Shown: positions 37,868 to 48,216 of the stretch, piece after piece
Layout: every line of letters begins with the position of its first letter
Position numbering within the stretch: the stretch's first letter is position 1
IMG/VR virus record: IMGVR_UViG_3300037827_000415
Location: 18,867-82,866 of that record
Length of the DNA: 64,000 bases
Reading direction: 5' to 3' (one strand)
From: a virus
Notes under the pieces: model-generated
What the model was told of the DNA's origin: nothing
The model's database searches: none
The model's input: the letters and a program-made list of their open reading frames with translations, nothing else
Program-made: the position numbers and the translations under genes

Positions 37868-37903
37868 AAAAAACAAAGGTGGGCAGGCAAAGCCGTACCC
37901 ACC
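37868..37903 (-). terminator. Terminator after the capsid operon
   Basis: GGTGGGTACGGC-TTT-GCCTGCCCACC followed by TTTGTTTTTT. Confidence 0.65.
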
Positions 37904-37947
37904 CTTGCGAGCGAAAAAGGCACAAGGCGTACTTCCGATTGATTCCT

Positions 37948-38355
37948 TTAAGGCGTGGTCGGGAGCGGCGATGTCCCAGCGATTGGGCCGCCGGACGAAA
38001 CCGCCGACACGGGAGGCGTCGAAGCCGTGACCTGCGGCGGCATGATCGGCGTGGCTGGCGGCACCACAACCGGAGGAGTCACGATTGGCGATGTCACGAC
38101 GACAGGCGTAGGAGCGACAACAGGGGCGGAGCCCGCCGAGGCGTCCTGCCCGCCCTTTTTCACATCCGATGCAATGGGCTTTGACGTTTCCGCCCCTGCC
38201 GTCGTTTTCGGTTCGAGGTCGAGCGGATCCTTGATCTTCATTTCGGCCAAGATCAGGTCAAGCTTCCGCTCGATGGTGCTCAGGTTTGAAGCCGGCATTT
38301 TTCGCTCCACGGGGCTCGACAGTGAATCCAGAATCTGAGTGAGAAGCGACGGCAT
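37948..38355 (-). CDS. Pro/Thr-rich hypothetical protein
   Basis: Low-complexity C-terminus; downstream of the capsid gene. Confidence 0.45.
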   Translation of the reverse strand: MPSLLTQILDSLSSPVERKMPASNLSTIERKLDLILAEMKIKDPLDLEPKTTAGAETSKPIASDVKKGGQDASAGSAPVVAPTPVVVTSPIVTPPVVVPPATPIMPPQVTASTPPVSAVSSGGPIAGTSPLPTTP

Positions 38356-38370
38356 TTGTCAGCCTTCGCG

Positions 38371-38790
38371 TTAGCCGATGTTCGCTCCGGCGGAGCAAGG
38401 ATACCAGAGTGCATAGAAGTCCATTTGCCCCGCCGTGATGTTCGCCGTGGCAATCGTCAGGGCGATCGGGCCGTTGGCGATGAACCCCTCGATCTCGTTC
38501 GCGTAGTCGGTTCCCGGCGACGTGCTGGTCCACCATTTATTCGCCGTGATGTTCGTGGCGGTCGTGGCCGCGATCAGGCTGCCCGTGCTGTTTGCCGTTC
38601 CGATCGCCAGCGTGGCGCTCGTGCCCACCAGCGACGTCATGCAAAAACCGCCGAGCGCGAACAGCCAGCAGCGGCCGGTCAGGTTGAAGACGGTCACAGG
38701 CGTTCCCGCGACGCCGTAGGTCACGCCGTCAAACGTGACAGTCTGGCGAGTGAACTTGACCTCGCGTGAGACGATTCCGAAACCGGGCAT
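38371..38790 (-). CDS. Minor head/structural protein
   Basis: Thr/Gly/Ala-rich, beta-type, directly after the major capsid gene. Confidence 0.5.
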   Translation of the reverse strand: MPGFGIVSREVKFTRQTVTFDGVTYGVAGTPVTVFNLTGRCWLFALGGFCMTSLVGTSATLAIGTANSTGSLIAATTATNITANKWWTSTSPGTDYANEIEGFIANGPIALTIATANITAGQMDFYALWYPCSAGANIG

Positions 38791-38823
38791 TGTGCCGACT
38801 CCAAAACTCTGCCGTCGAACTGA

Positions 38824-40029
38824 TTAGGCAGCCGTGCCGGTGAAGAACGCGGTGGCCAAGCCGGAAGCGGCCGGGATGTATTCGCAGGGAATCGCGTTGT
38901 CGAGCGTGTAGAGATAGACGCCCGTCGGATCGTACGTGTACGTGGTCCAACTGGTCATGCCCATCTTGTCGACCCACGGCATGTTCGGGCCTTCGCTCAC
39001 GGGCTCGCTGCCCAGTGCGATTTCCCAGAACAGCGGATTCGGGGCCTTGGGGCCGAACCAGAAGCAACCGGCGGGCACGAACTTCGTGTAGGTCTCGGAG
39101 CCGAGAGCCCCCAACTGGAGCACGCTGTCGACGATGATCCACTCCAGCCACGGGAAGGCCCGCAGCCGGCACTTTTTGACGTTCTTCGGGTTGTCGAGTT
39201 CGTTGCTCTCGTCGCGGATGTATTCCGAGAACGGCGACTGGGCGATGCCGGCCTTCGCGATCACGTAGTCGTTTTCCGTGACGGCCTGCCAGATGTCTTC
39301 GCCGCAGATGATCCGGCCCAAGTTGGTGCCGACCGTCGTTTGCAGCGTGACGTCGAGCGACGCGATGTGCTTCGTGATGTCCGTGGACGGATTGGCCCAA
39401 CTCGATTGGATGATCGGAGCCCCGGCAAGTCCCGTGGACGGGTCGGTATTCGCCGTGCCGATCATGTTGAGCTGGTTGTAATTCTCGCCCGTCGACGTCG
39501 AGTTCGGCCGCTGGAAGTCGATCGTGAGCAACGCCCCGGCCGACGTAAAATTGTAATACATATTGTCGCCGGACTTGTGCAGGTACATCTTGCCCTGAAT
39601 CATGCCGGCGAGCATGGCGGCTCGGAAGTTCCCAATCCGCTGGCCCATGAAACGTTGCTGGCGGCGAATGAAACTCGCCCCCATGTTGTCGAATACGGCG
39701 GAACTGCCGCCGATCGGCCGGTAGTTATGCAACTCTTCGGCCAAGAGCGGCAATTTTTCGTGAGCACGGGCGATCGTCACATTGACGCGGCCCACCGGGT
39801 TGCGAGTGACGGTCGCGGCCGGACGCCCCGGTGCCGCGGCCTGAGCCGCCGTACGCACGTTGTTGAACGTGTCATAACCGTGCTGCCGGTGGCCGATCTT
39901 CATTTCGCACGGACCGCCCGGCTCCATGCCGAACAAGCGGAGCAAGGGATTCTCGGCGACGGCGATTCGAGAAATCACCTTCGTCGTGATAATCGGATGC
40001 AGGATTTGCTGGATACTTCCGGTCGTCAT
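38824..40029 (-). CDS. Major capsid protein (HK97 fold, lambda gpE-like)
   Basis: 401 aa in protease-decoration-capsid order; motifs SWANPSTDI, TYTKFVP, DPTG. Confidence 0.75.
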   Translation of the reverse strand: MTTGSIQQILHPIITTKVISRIAVAENPLLRLFGMEPGGPCEMKIGHRQHGYDTFNNVRTAAQAAAPGRPAATVTRNPVGRVNVTIARAHEKLPLLAEELHNYRPIGGSSAVFDNMGASFIRRQQRFMGQRIGNFRAAMLAGMIQGKMYLHKSGDNMYYNFTSAGALLTIDFQRPNSTSTGENYNQLNMIGTANTDPSTGLAGAPIIQSSWANPSTDITKHIASLDVTLQTTVGTNLGRIICGEDIWQAVTENDYVIAKAGIAQSPFSEYIRDESNELDNPKNVKKCRLRAFPWLEWIIVDSVLQLGALGSETYTKFVPAGCFWFGPKAPNPLFWEIALGSEPVSEGPNMPWVDKMGMTSWTTYTYDPTGVYLYTLDNAIPCEYIPAASGLATAFFTGTAA

Positions 40030-40083
40030 TTCCCGAGATCCTTACTTGACCATGTTCGGTCAGTGAGCCGCTGACAGCGTGGC

Positions 40084-40896
40084 TTAGCTGAAGGTGACGG
40101 TATTGGTCGGGGCCGAGAGCACTTGGGGGACCCACTTGAGGTTCGTGCCGTCGTAGAACGAGCTGACCTGGACGAAACCGCCGATCTTGTGGGACGCCGT
40201 GACGAACGTGATGTCGTTGTACGTGGCCGAGTTGTCGCCGACGATATTCGCCCCCTCGTTGGAGGCGATGACCATGTTCTGGTTTGCTTCGTTCAGGAAC
40301 CAGATGCTGATGCCGTTGGCGATCGGCGGCAACGTGAACGTGAACTGCCCCGTGCTGTTCGCGATGAACAACTTGCCAGAGTCGGCCGCCACGCAGGCGT
40401 ATGACGCTCCCGTGGTCTGCGGGATAACCTGGAGCCAAGGAAATTGGCGGCCGGGGAAATCGTCATCGAACATGAATCGGGCACGCATCTGGGCACGTGC
40501 CTGACCGTCCAGTCCGATCAACTGGCTCGCCTTCACGGGGCCGCCGCACATGAACATACCGGCGTAACGGCCGGCGACGGCGTTCGTGAACGGGTCGAGC
40601 ATGTTCACTTCGCACGTCAGGATCGCGACGGCGACGTTCGATCCGTCCGTGGCGTTCGCGGAGTACGCCGTATACTGCCCCGGCGTGGCCGCGAGCTGAC
40701 CAAGCAAGAGGCCCGGCCGCAGCACCGTGTTCGGCGTATTGCCGACGTCCGTCGTGGTCGACGACAGCGTGCCATCGGTCCACTGATAGCCACCCCAGAA
40801 CGATCCGCCCCAGCCGATCGTCGCTTCTTGGGACTGAACGAGCCCGGTCGGGCCGGGAGCACCCCAACCGTATCCACCGCTGGCAACGATCCCCAT
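40084..40896 (-). CDS. Head decoration protein (gpD-like) with an extra C-terminal domain
   Basis: LRPGLLLGQL...YTAYSANATDGSNVAVAIL. Confidence 0.7.
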   Translation of the reverse strand: MGIVASGGYGWGAPGPTGLVQSQEATIGWGGSFWGGYQWTDGTLSSTTTDVGNTPNTVLRPGLLLGQLAATPGQYTAYSANATDGSNVAVAILTCEVNMLDPFTNAVAGRYAGMFMCGGPVKASQLIGLDGQARAQMRARFMFDDDFPGRQFPWLQVIPQTTGASYACVAADSGKLFIANSTGQFTFTLPPIANGISIWFLNEANQNMVIASNEGANIVGDNSATYNDITFVTASHKIGGFVQVSSFYDGTNLKWVPQVLSAPTNTVTFS

Positions 40897-40958
40897 TTCT
40901 CAGTTCCCCAAAAAGACTTGTGCGGCAATCCCAATCAAGGTCATGACGGCGTTTGGAG

Positions 40959-42371
40959 TTAGGCGAGGCCCATCGCTTTGAGTTCGGCGTCCACGATCGA
41001 ATTCTGCTCTTCTTCCGACTCGGGCACGACGCCCCCGCCGGTGAAGAATCCGGGCTGCGGCTCGACTTCGAGCTTGCCGCGATCGCTGGCCATTTGCGTG
41101 ATCTTTTGCTTGTCGTCCCAGACGGCACCGGCCGGCATCGACTCGATGATTTCAAGCTTGGCATCGAGCAAGGCGTTCGACTTCGACTCGGCGGAGAACT
41201 GGAACGTCTTCGCCAAGTCGCGAAGCTTGGCCGAGTTGGCGGGGCTCACGCGGCCGGAGCGTTCGGCGTTGCCGATGCGGGCCAGATACTTCTCCTGACA
41301 CATCTCGGTCAACTGCTCACGCATGGCGATTTCCATCGCCGTGGGCTGCGACATTTGCACGGGCTCGACCGGCTTCACTTCGGGCTCATTGCCGTCCAAG
41401 GAAAGCTGAAACGCTTCGATCAGTTCCGGCGTTTCCTTGATCTTTTTGGCCTTGTCGGCGGCCATCTTGCCGGAAGCAACCATCGCGTCTAGTTTGGCGG
41501 CAGCATCTTGGCTCATAACAAGCACCGTTGGTTCGGTTCTGAGGGATCGATCGGAATTCTGGTCGCGGTTCTCAGGCTGATCCTGACGTTGACCGCCGGT
41601 ATTCTGTTCGGCCGCTGCGGATGACTCGGTCGCCGCGAGCAGGATTTTCGGAGCGTTCTTCGCGGCCCACGACCAGCCGTCCGGGAGTACGATGTTGTGC
41701 CCCTTGGCCAAGCATTCGATCAGCCGCTGGAGCGTGGTCGGCTTTTTCTCGCCCGGCTTCTTCTCGTCGTCCGCTTCGGGCTTGTTGTAGTCGTCCGAAT
41801 ACGGGTCGTCCGTCTGGACTTCTTCGTAGGGCGAGTCGCCCAATTGAACTGTCTGGATCGCACCTTTGGCCAAGGCTGCGTCGAGACTCATGGCCGTCGC
41901 CGCGAGGAATTCCTTCGACTGATTCGGGTTGACCGGACGCGGCGTCACGGCAATGTGCGTGATCGCCTTTTCGTATTTCTTGCCGCTGATCGGGTTCGTG
42001 TACGGGCCAAACTGTGGGCTGAGTTTGCGGCCGATCTTTTCGAGCTTGTCGGCGTCGTCGTCGCGAGGGGCATCGAACCGAACAGACAGGTTTCCTTTGT
42101 CGTCCTTGAAAAACTCTTTCACCTCACCGATTTGAAGGCGGTCCCGATCGCGTCGCTCGCGTTCGGCGGTGTCCTCTCGCTTGTAGGGCCAGCCTGTTGG
42201 ATCATCGACGGCCGGATGTCCCCAGTGAACCGGCACGTCCAGGCCGGTTTCGTTCATGTCGGTCCACGCGGACAGGAATTCGTCGTAATCGGACGTCGAA
42301 ACGTCGATGACGGCGGTTTCCGTGAAGAACCGTCCCGGCTCTCCGATATCCTTGGTGAACTGCTTGCCCAT
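40959..42371 (-). CDS. Prohead protease/scaffold (Mu gpI-like)
   Basis: VPVHWGH, LSPQF, ITHIAVT.RPV and a helical scaffold-like C-terminus. Confidence 0.7.
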   Translation of the reverse strand: MGKQFTKDIGEPGRFFTETAVIDVSTSDYDEFLSAWTDMNETGLDVPVHWGHPAVDDPTGWPYKREDTAERERRDRDRLQIGEVKEFFKDDKGNLSVRFDAPRDDDADKLEKIGRKLSPQFGPYTNPISGKKYEKAITHIAVTPRPVNPNQSKEFLAATAMSLDAALAKGAIQTVQLGDSPYEEVQTDDPYSDDYNKPEADDEKKPGEKKPTTLQRLIECLAKGHNIVLPDGWSWAAKNAPKILLAATESSAAAEQNTGGQRQDQPENRDQNSDRSLRTEPTVLVMSQDAAAKLDAMVASGKMAADKAKKIKETPELIEAFQLSLDGNEPEVKPVEPVQMSQPTAMEIAMREQLTEMCQEKYLARIGNAERSGRVSPANSAKLRDLAKTFQFSAESKSNALLDAKLEIIESMPAGAVWDDKQKITQMASDRGKLEVEPQPGFFTGGGVVPESEEEQNSIVDAELKAMGLA

Positions 42372-42435
42372 TCGCTCTAATCTGGCCCCAAACAGGATCT
42401 TGTCAACGTTGTTTTCCGTGGAGGCCGGACTTTTT

Positions 42436-42465
42436 TTGACTCGCCTATGCGGTTTTTGAGATGAT
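42436..42465 (+). promoter_or_regulatory. Promoter, TTGACT-N18-GATGAT
   Basis: 8 nt before the ATG at 42474. Confidence 0.6.
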
Positions 42466-42473
42466 CGCCATCC

Positions 42474-43427
42474 ATGGGATGCAAGAAAAAACGCCGAAAA
42501 CATCGCAGCAAGGGCAAGCCGCTCGCGTTGCCGACAGTCGTCTTTGACAACTGGAAAGCCTTAACTGTCGGACTTGGCCCGAGGCGGCTCGGCTATCTCG
42601 CGAGGCGGATCTCAGGCGAATCGTTTTCTCAAATTGCGGTGACGGAAGGGATGACCCGACAGGCAATTAGCAATGTCGTGCGGACAGCGTTGAGAAGAAT
42701 GTCACGCAACGCCCGCAAACTGAACATCGATCTCGGGTGCGACATCCTTGCGATCTCAAAAGCACGGTCCACCGCGATTGCCACGCGGGACGGAAAGTTC
42801 TCTTGGCGGCACACACGAAAGCGGGCGATCGCATGCCGACTGAACACTTTGAAAAAAGCATTGAAGGCCGGACCTAACGCTCAGGCATTCTGCTGGAAGA
42901 CGAATTTCCCCAAAGCGGGATGTGATTTTTGCGGTGCAATTTATCGTCGCTGGGCAGGGATCGTGAGCAGATGCACTGATACAACCACTCCGGCATATCG
43001 ATGGTATGGAGCACGCGGAATAACCGTGTGCGAAGAATGGCTGAACAGTTTCAACGCATTTCGTCTCTGGTGCCTTTCAAACGGCTTTGCCTGCAATCTT
43101 CAAATTGATCGCCGCGACGGCAATCTTGGCTATTCTCCGGACAATTGCCGTTTCGTCACTTCACAACAAAATTGCTGGAATTGTGGCAAGACACGCAAAG
43201 TTGGCAGTGGCCTCAAGCAGTCGAAATACAAGGGCGTCTCGTGGTGGGCGGCGGTCGGGTGCCGGGCACGCTGGAAAGCTGCCATTCGCGTAAATCGCAA
43301 GAGTATTCATCTCGGATTGTTTGATAACGAGGAAGATGCCGCCCGAGCCTATGATGCGGCCGTTCTCCGTCATCGCGATCCGCAGTACGCCTACCTCAAC
43401 TTTCCAGATGTGAACGCGGCTAAGTGA
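42474..43427 (+). CDS. Sigma70 region-4-like HTH fused to HNH-AP2
   Basis: GESFSQIA..EGMTRQAISN; YGARGITVC, IDRRDGNLGYSPDNCRF; AP2 domain LGLFDNEEDAARAYD. Confidence 0.75.
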   Translation: MGCKKKRRKHRSKGKPLALPTVVFDNWKALTVGLGPRRLGYLARRISGESFSQIAVTEGMTRQAISNVVRTALRRMSRNARKLNIDLGCDILAISKARSTAIATRDGKFSWRHTRKRAIACRLNTLKKALKAGPNAQAFCWKTNFPKAGCDFCGAIYRRWAGIVSRCTDTTTPAYRWYGARGITVCEEWLNSFNAFRLWCLSNGFACNLQIDRRDGNLGYSPDNCRFVTSQQNCWNCGKTRKVGSGLKQSKYKGVSWWAAVGCRARWKAAIRVNRKSIHLGLFDNEEDAARAYDAAVLRHRDPQYAYLNFPDVNAAK

Positions 43428-43449
43428 TTCGCCGCCGGCCAAACTTTTT

Positions 43450-43479
43450 TTGACCGCATGGGGGCTGTTTTGGGATGAT
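43450..43479 (+). promoter_or_regulatory. Promoter for the methyltransferase/GT operon, TTGACC-N18-GATGAT
   Basis: T-tract upstream; intergenic. Confidence 0.6.
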
Positions 43480-43503
43480 GCGTGGCGAAAGGAGCGAGAG
43501 AAA

Positions 43504-43713
43504 ATGCCGAACAAATCTGTCCCTTTGTCAGAATGCATGGACTATCAGCAGGAGCATCGGGCACGCTCTTATTCGTCCGGGCTCTGCCCCGACTGCAAGT
43601 CCCCTTTGGCTTCCGGCAAGAAACGGTGCAAGGCGTGCCTTGCAAAGGGCCGTGAGCGAGCACGCAAATATCATGAGCGACGACGTGCGGCGAATCGGAA
43701 GGAGGGGCGATGA
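43504..43713 (+). CDS. Small basic Zn-finger protein
   Basis: GLCPDC...CKAC. Confidence 0.55.
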   Translation: MPNKSVPLSECMDYQQEHRARSYSSGLCPDCKSPLASGKKRCKACLAKGRERARKYHERRRAANRKEGR

Positions 43714-44315
43714 CCCAACTGGAACAACTCGCCGCCGACATGCTCGCCCAAATCGACCGCGACGAAATGCGTCGGCTGGAGCAACTTTACCCCGACTGCA
43801 CTTGGGCCAAGTTCTTCGACGTCGAGCGGTTCGTGATGTGTGCGGCGGATAAGGCGATCGGTGAACTGAGGCTTGACCAGTGGGATTTCCCGCTTCGCAT
43901 TCTCGACTTGGGCAGCGGTTTCGGCTATCTGCCGCTCGCCGCGAAGGTGCTCGGCCACGAAGCGATCGCCCTGGAGTGGCCCAATGAAATCACGCAAGCA
44001 GCATCGCGGTGCGTGCCTGTTCGCTGGGTGTTCCAGCGGATTGAACGTCTCGTTTCGCTGTTCACGATTGGCACATTCGATCTTGTGAACATGACGGGCG
44101 TGAATCTCGTCCATGCTGGCGATTCGCCGCGGCAATTCTGGTCTCAATCCGACTACGAGTTCCTAATCGACGACGTGCTGACCATGCTTCGGCCCGACGG
44201 CCGGTTCATCATCGAATACAACCGCGGGCCGGAGCATAACTGGCTGGCCGGCTGCAATTGGAACGGGCGGCGGCATACCAGTGTTGGGAATCGGATCGTT
44301 TTTACGAAGGAGTGA
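43710..44315 (+). CDS. Class I SAM-dependent methyltransferase
   Basis: ILDLGSGFG, FDLV, LRPDGRF. Confidence 0.85.
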   Translation: MTQLEQLAADMLAQIDRDEMRRLEQLYPDCTWAKFFDVERFVMCAADKAIGELRLDQWDFPLRILDLGSGFGYLPLAAKVLGHEAIALEWPNEITQAASRCVPVRWVFQRIERLVSLFTIGTFDLVNMTGVNLVHAGDSPRQFWSQSDYEFLIDDVLTMLRPDGRFIIEYNRGPEHNWLAGCNWNGRRHTSVGNRIVFTKE

Positions 44316-45256
44316 TGATGTTCGACCCGAGCGACCCGGCCATTTCTTCGGCGTACGATGAATGGCTCAAAACGCGCCCGGCTTCCGTGCAAAAACTCGC
44401 GGCCGAATTTCCGCCGGGGACTGCGGTTAATCTCGACGGTGAACAGTGGTTTGTTTTCAGTTACACCGAAGGCGATGAGGTTTCGCTGACTCCGGTTCAC
44501 CCGGCCGACGATTACACGGCGGCATTTAAAGAGCGGCGGCTTGTCCATGCCGAATGCTTGCGAAAGGCGATGGCTACAGATGAATCCACGTGACGAACTG
44601 CGGATGCTCGTGCTGTTTTATGTGGGTGGCGTGATTGGGATCGCCGCGCTGAAAGAGCGACTCACTGAAATCGTTAAACGCGAACCGGACAAACGGCGTG
44701 AGCAGTTGATGCTGTCGGCTTCGATGGTCTTGGGTGTCAAAGGCCAGGAGATGCAGAGAGCAATCGAGATGGAAACGGCCGCGATCAGTCTAGCCAACAA
44801 CAGGGCGGAATTGATGCTTGCCGCGTGCAAAGACTACACCGCACCGATCCGTGGCTGGAACGTCGGCGAATTGGCGGATCGCGATCAGATTCTGGTCAAC
44901 AAGTTGAAGGCGGCTGTGCAGTGATGTTTAAACTGAGGATTTCAGAGCGATTCATTGAACGTCGCGGAAATTTTACGTTCACGTTCAACAAATTAGTCGA
45001 GTTGCCTTTTGCTCCGCAAAACGGGCTCGTAATCTTTATTGCCGGCCAGTTTGAGATTCCGGTCAACCATCTGCTGTGGGACGACAACGAGCAACGGTTC
45101 GACTGTTATGTTGAGCACCGGATGGAAGTCGACGTTGACGGGGAGAGCGGCCGGGAACTGGTTGATTTTGTTGAGCTAAAAATAATTCATGGATGGGATC
45201 CAGATTCCGCACGATCGGACGTTGAATTTTCTCGCATTAAGGACGCCGCGACTTGA
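44315..45256 (+). CDS. Three small hypothetical ORFs (about 44315-44593, 44580-44924, 44924-45256)
   Basis: Overlapping start/stop junctions. Confidence 0.45.
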
Positions 45257-46230
45257 CCACAATCCGCGTCCTAATCATCTCCGATCGCGAAGGCTACTGC
45301 TTCACCCGCCGAGCCGAAGCGATCCAGCGACATGCCCCCGAACGGCTGAGCGTGGAAATCATCCACTACAGCTACGCCGACCTGTCGCAAATCCCGTGGT
45401 CGCAATACGACGTGATCTACTGCTTGCCGCCGCAAGTCGCCCGAGAGGTCCGCGGCAACATGGAAGCGGCCGGAGCGGACGTGCCGCTTGCCGTCGCCTG
45501 GAACAGCGGGGTCGGCCGGATCGGTTACGATGTCGCCGAAGCGTGGCAATCGGCCGACTTCATGGTCTGCAATAATTACGCGGCCTGGATCGACGCCAAG
45601 CGGCGGATCAGCGACTTTCGCGGGTGCCACATTTCCAACGGCGTCGATATCGACGTTTTCCAGTGCAAAGTGCCGATGGCCGAACGGCCTAAGCGAGTGC
45701 TCTGGATTGCGAGCGAACACAAGGCCAACGACCCGTACGACGTGAAGGGCTGGCACACGGTCGCGGCCCCGCTCAAATCACTCTTGGAAGGCACCGGCAT
45801 CGAGTGCGATTTCCGCGTCGTGCCGGAAGCGGAAGAGTTGACCGCGGCCCAGATGTGCGACTGGTACAACACGGGCAGCGTGTTTCTCGTGACGAGCACG
45901 ACCGAGGGGACGCCGAACACGGCCCTGGAAGCTGCGGCATGCGGTTGCTCGCTCTGCACGCTCCCCGTGGGCAATATGCGGGAACTGATCTCCAGCGGCA
46001 TCAACGGGAAGATCATCGAGAAGCGATCCAATTGGAACATCAGTTGGGTTTTCATCGCGGTCAAAGAGGCATTGGCCGATCGTGAGAAGTTCTCGGCCGC
46101 GATGCTGCGGAAGATTCCCGAATGGGACTGGTCGAAGCGAGTGCCGTTTTACGTCGGCGTGTTTGACGCGATGGCCCGGCGGGTACAGTTGGAGAACTTC
46201 AGCTATCTGGATCGTCGGGCCGCTCGGTAA
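45253..46230 (+). CDS. GT4-family (GT-B) glycosyltransferase
   Basis: ISNGVDIDVF, KG, and EX7E motif STTEGTPNTALEAAACG. Confidence 0.9.
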   Translation: MTTIRVLIISDREGYCFTRRAEAIQRHAPERLSVEIIHYSYADLSQIPWSQYDVIYCLPPQVAREVRGNMEAAGADVPLAVAWNSGVGRIGYDVAEAWQSADFMVCNNYAAWIDAKRRISDFRGCHISNGVDIDVFQCKVPMAERPKRVLWIASEHKANDPYDVKGWHTVAAPLKSLLEGTGIECDFRVVPEAEELTAAQMCDWYNTGSVFLVTSTTEGTPNTALEAAACGCSLCTLPVGNMRELISSGINGKIIEKRSNWNISWVFIAVKEALADREKFSAAMLRKIPEWDWSKRVPFYVGVFDAMARRVQLENFSYLDRRAAR

Positions 46231-46259
46231 TGTCGCGTTATCTCACGCCTGAAGCACGC

Positions 46260-46529
46260 CTAGAACCACTCGCGACGGTTAGGTGCGACGTACGTCTCCC
46301 GAAATTCGTCATCGGTGCGGGTCAAATAGATCACCGCTTCGACGATTCCCACCACGTGCATCGGAACCGCGCCGATTCCGCATGTGCACACGCTCACCAA
46401 GAGCATGATCAGCCCGGCTTGCCAGTATCCCATGACGAATTTGTGCAGGCCGATCGATCCGGCAAGTATCCCGCAGATTCCAGCCGCGAGCTTCAATCCG
46501 TTGACGGGCTGGGGTTGGTCGGTGCTCAT
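46260..46529 (-). CDS. TM2-domain membrane protein
   Basis: AGICGIL.GSIGLHKF.MG...GIVEAVIYL. Confidence 0.85.
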   Translation of the reverse strand: MSTDQPQPVNGLKLAAGICGILAGSIGLHKFVMGYWQAGLIMLLVSVCTCGIGAVPMHVVGIVEAVIYLTRTDDEFRETYVAPNRREWF

Positions 46530-46566
46530 GCTGGCAGGTTAACTCGGATCGGAGGATCGGAAAAGA

Positions 46567-46842
46567 TCAAAGCGAGAATATCGCGGCGGCAACGCGGAGC
46601 AACTTGCGGATGATTCTCGCCCGACGACGAACGCGGCGAGCCTTCACCCATCTCTGGACTACTGCCTCGGCCTTGTCGACTTCGGACCGATGCTTAGCCC
46701 AACAATTGGAATGCCAGCGGCGACCGTGCTTGTCTTCGTGCCCGCGATAATCCCTGAGCACGAAATTAAAGCTGATTAGTCCGAGGTGCCACTCACCGCA
46801 TCCCGGACATTCATATTGGCGTTCAGCAGTTCTCTGATTCAT
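46567..46842 (-). CDS. Small basic hypothetical protein
   Basis: CPGC...H.NC. Confidence 0.4.
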   Translation of the reverse strand: MNQRTAERQYECPGCGEWHLGLISFNFVLRDYRGHEDKHGRRWHSNCWAKHRSEVDKAEAVVQRWVKARRVRRRARIIRKLLRVAAAIFSL

Positions 46843-47849
46843 CGTGATTCCGTCGCTTGCACAATGTCCGCATAAAGCTGATCCGCCACGTTCTCGACGT
46901 CGAGACTGTCGATCAGGATTCTGCGATTGGCCAGCCTGAAGGATTCTCCGGTTTCGTTCAGCGGCTTCGTGAACGAATAAATCGCACTCTCGACCGCCGC
47001 TTCCAAGTCGGCGAAGTCCGGCCCGCATTGGATGTGCAGCGGGAAATTGCTGACGTGCCGGACATCCGGCTTGATCACCACGCAGCCCGCGAAGACGCCT
47101 TCGCTATCGCGAAAACAGCATTCCCCGAGCCCGTACGGGCTGACCACGACCTTGGACTGAAACAGCATGTCGGCGTACTGGTCCAACTGAAACGGCCGGC
47201 CGCGGTGCACCTCGACGCGATACTTACTGGGCAACTGCGACAACGCCTCAACGCACAGTTCGCGATGCTGCTGGATCAGCGGTGCCCCGTATTCCATCCA
47301 ACCGGCAAAGCACACGTCGATCGGCCGGTCGGCGTTCGCGGCTCGCTCGTCGCCGTAGGCGAGGATCTTTTGCGGATGATCGAACGCTCCGTAGCCGAAT
47401 GGAGCTTTGATGCGGGCGATGCGGTCAACTGGGATTTGCATGGGCGGATCAGGGAACGGCCGCACGACGTTAGTGATCGCGTCCTCGATCAGCAACTCGT
47501 GCCAACGCCCGTGAAAGCGGTTGTACTTCCAGGGGTCGACGTAAACGCTCTTCTTCCAGCAAATCGATGGAGGGAATTCCGAGCAAAGCGTTTTGCGGGC
47601 CACTGAGCAGAGGTCGGCTCCGTCCTTGTTGTCGATTAGCAAAAAAGGCCGCTTGATCGGCAACCGTCCGTCGATCAAAGCTTGGTGGATAATCCCGCAA
47701 TCGAAAGACTCGTCGGATTGCCTGAATGCCAATAAGTCGAGCGGTCCCATTTCATAAAATTCAACCCCCCGCTTCGCCACGGCAGGCAGAAACCGCCGCA
47801 AGGTCTGCGAGTGCGAATCGTCGCCGAGAAGTAGGCCGACTTGGATCAT
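46839..47849 (-). CDS. GT-B glycosyltransferase-like protein
   Basis: IDVCFAG, Y...L..SKVVVSPYGLGECCFRD.E...AGCVVIKP. Confidence 0.75.
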   Translation of the reverse strand: MIQVGLLLGDDSHSQTLRRFLPAVAKRGVEFYEMGPLDLLAFRQSDESFDCGIIHQALIDGRLPIKRPFLLIDNKDGADLCSVARKTLCSEFPPSICWKKSVYVDPWKYNRFHGRWHELLIEDAITNVVRPFPDPPMQIPVDRIARIKAPFGYGAFDHPQKILAYGDERAANADRPIDVCFAGWMEYGAPLIQQHRELCVEALSQLPSKYRVEVHRGRPFQLDQYADMLFQSKVVVSPYGLGECCFRDSEGVFAGCVVIKPDVRHVSNFPLHIQCGPDFADLEAAVESAIYSFTKPLNETGESFRLANRRILIDSLDVENVADQLYADIVQATESR

Positions 47850-48121
47850 GGTTCCACCAACTTCGGCAGCGGGCACCAATCTGGAATCGGAACTTCGGCA
47901 ATCTCGCTGTCTTCGGCGTAGTCGTGGAATTCAGGATAATCGAAACACTCCCGAACCGTCTTTGCCCCTACGTTCACCAATGGATGGCCGCAGTAAATCG
48001 CACGCTTGAGCATCGGAGATTCCGAATCACCGCCCATTTCGATGCCTTCAGAATGATGTGGGCAATAGACGCATGCGACCGTCGTCAGAATTCGCGGTTC
48101 GTTTTGTTTTTTCTTCGGCAT
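47846..48121 (-). CDS. Cys-rich small protein
   Basis: CVYCP...IPDWCPLP; has its own promoter. Confidence 0.5.
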   Translation of the reverse strand: MPKKKQNEPRILTTVACVYCPHHSEGIEMGGDSESPMLKRAIYCGHPLVNVGAKTVRECFDYPEFHDYAEDSEIAEVPIPDWCPLPKLVEP

Positions 48122-48142
48122 GACTTTTCGCTCCTTCGCCCC

Positions 48143-48172
48143 ATCATCGCAAATCGTGCCCAGTCGCGTCAA
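48143..48172 (-). promoter_or_regulatory. Promoter, TTGACG-N18-GATGAT
   Basis: In a divergent intergenic region. Confidence 0.6.
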
Positions 48173-48216
48173 AAAAAATTCGACTCAAGGCCGGGCGGTT
48201 TGGTACAAGCGGTGAC

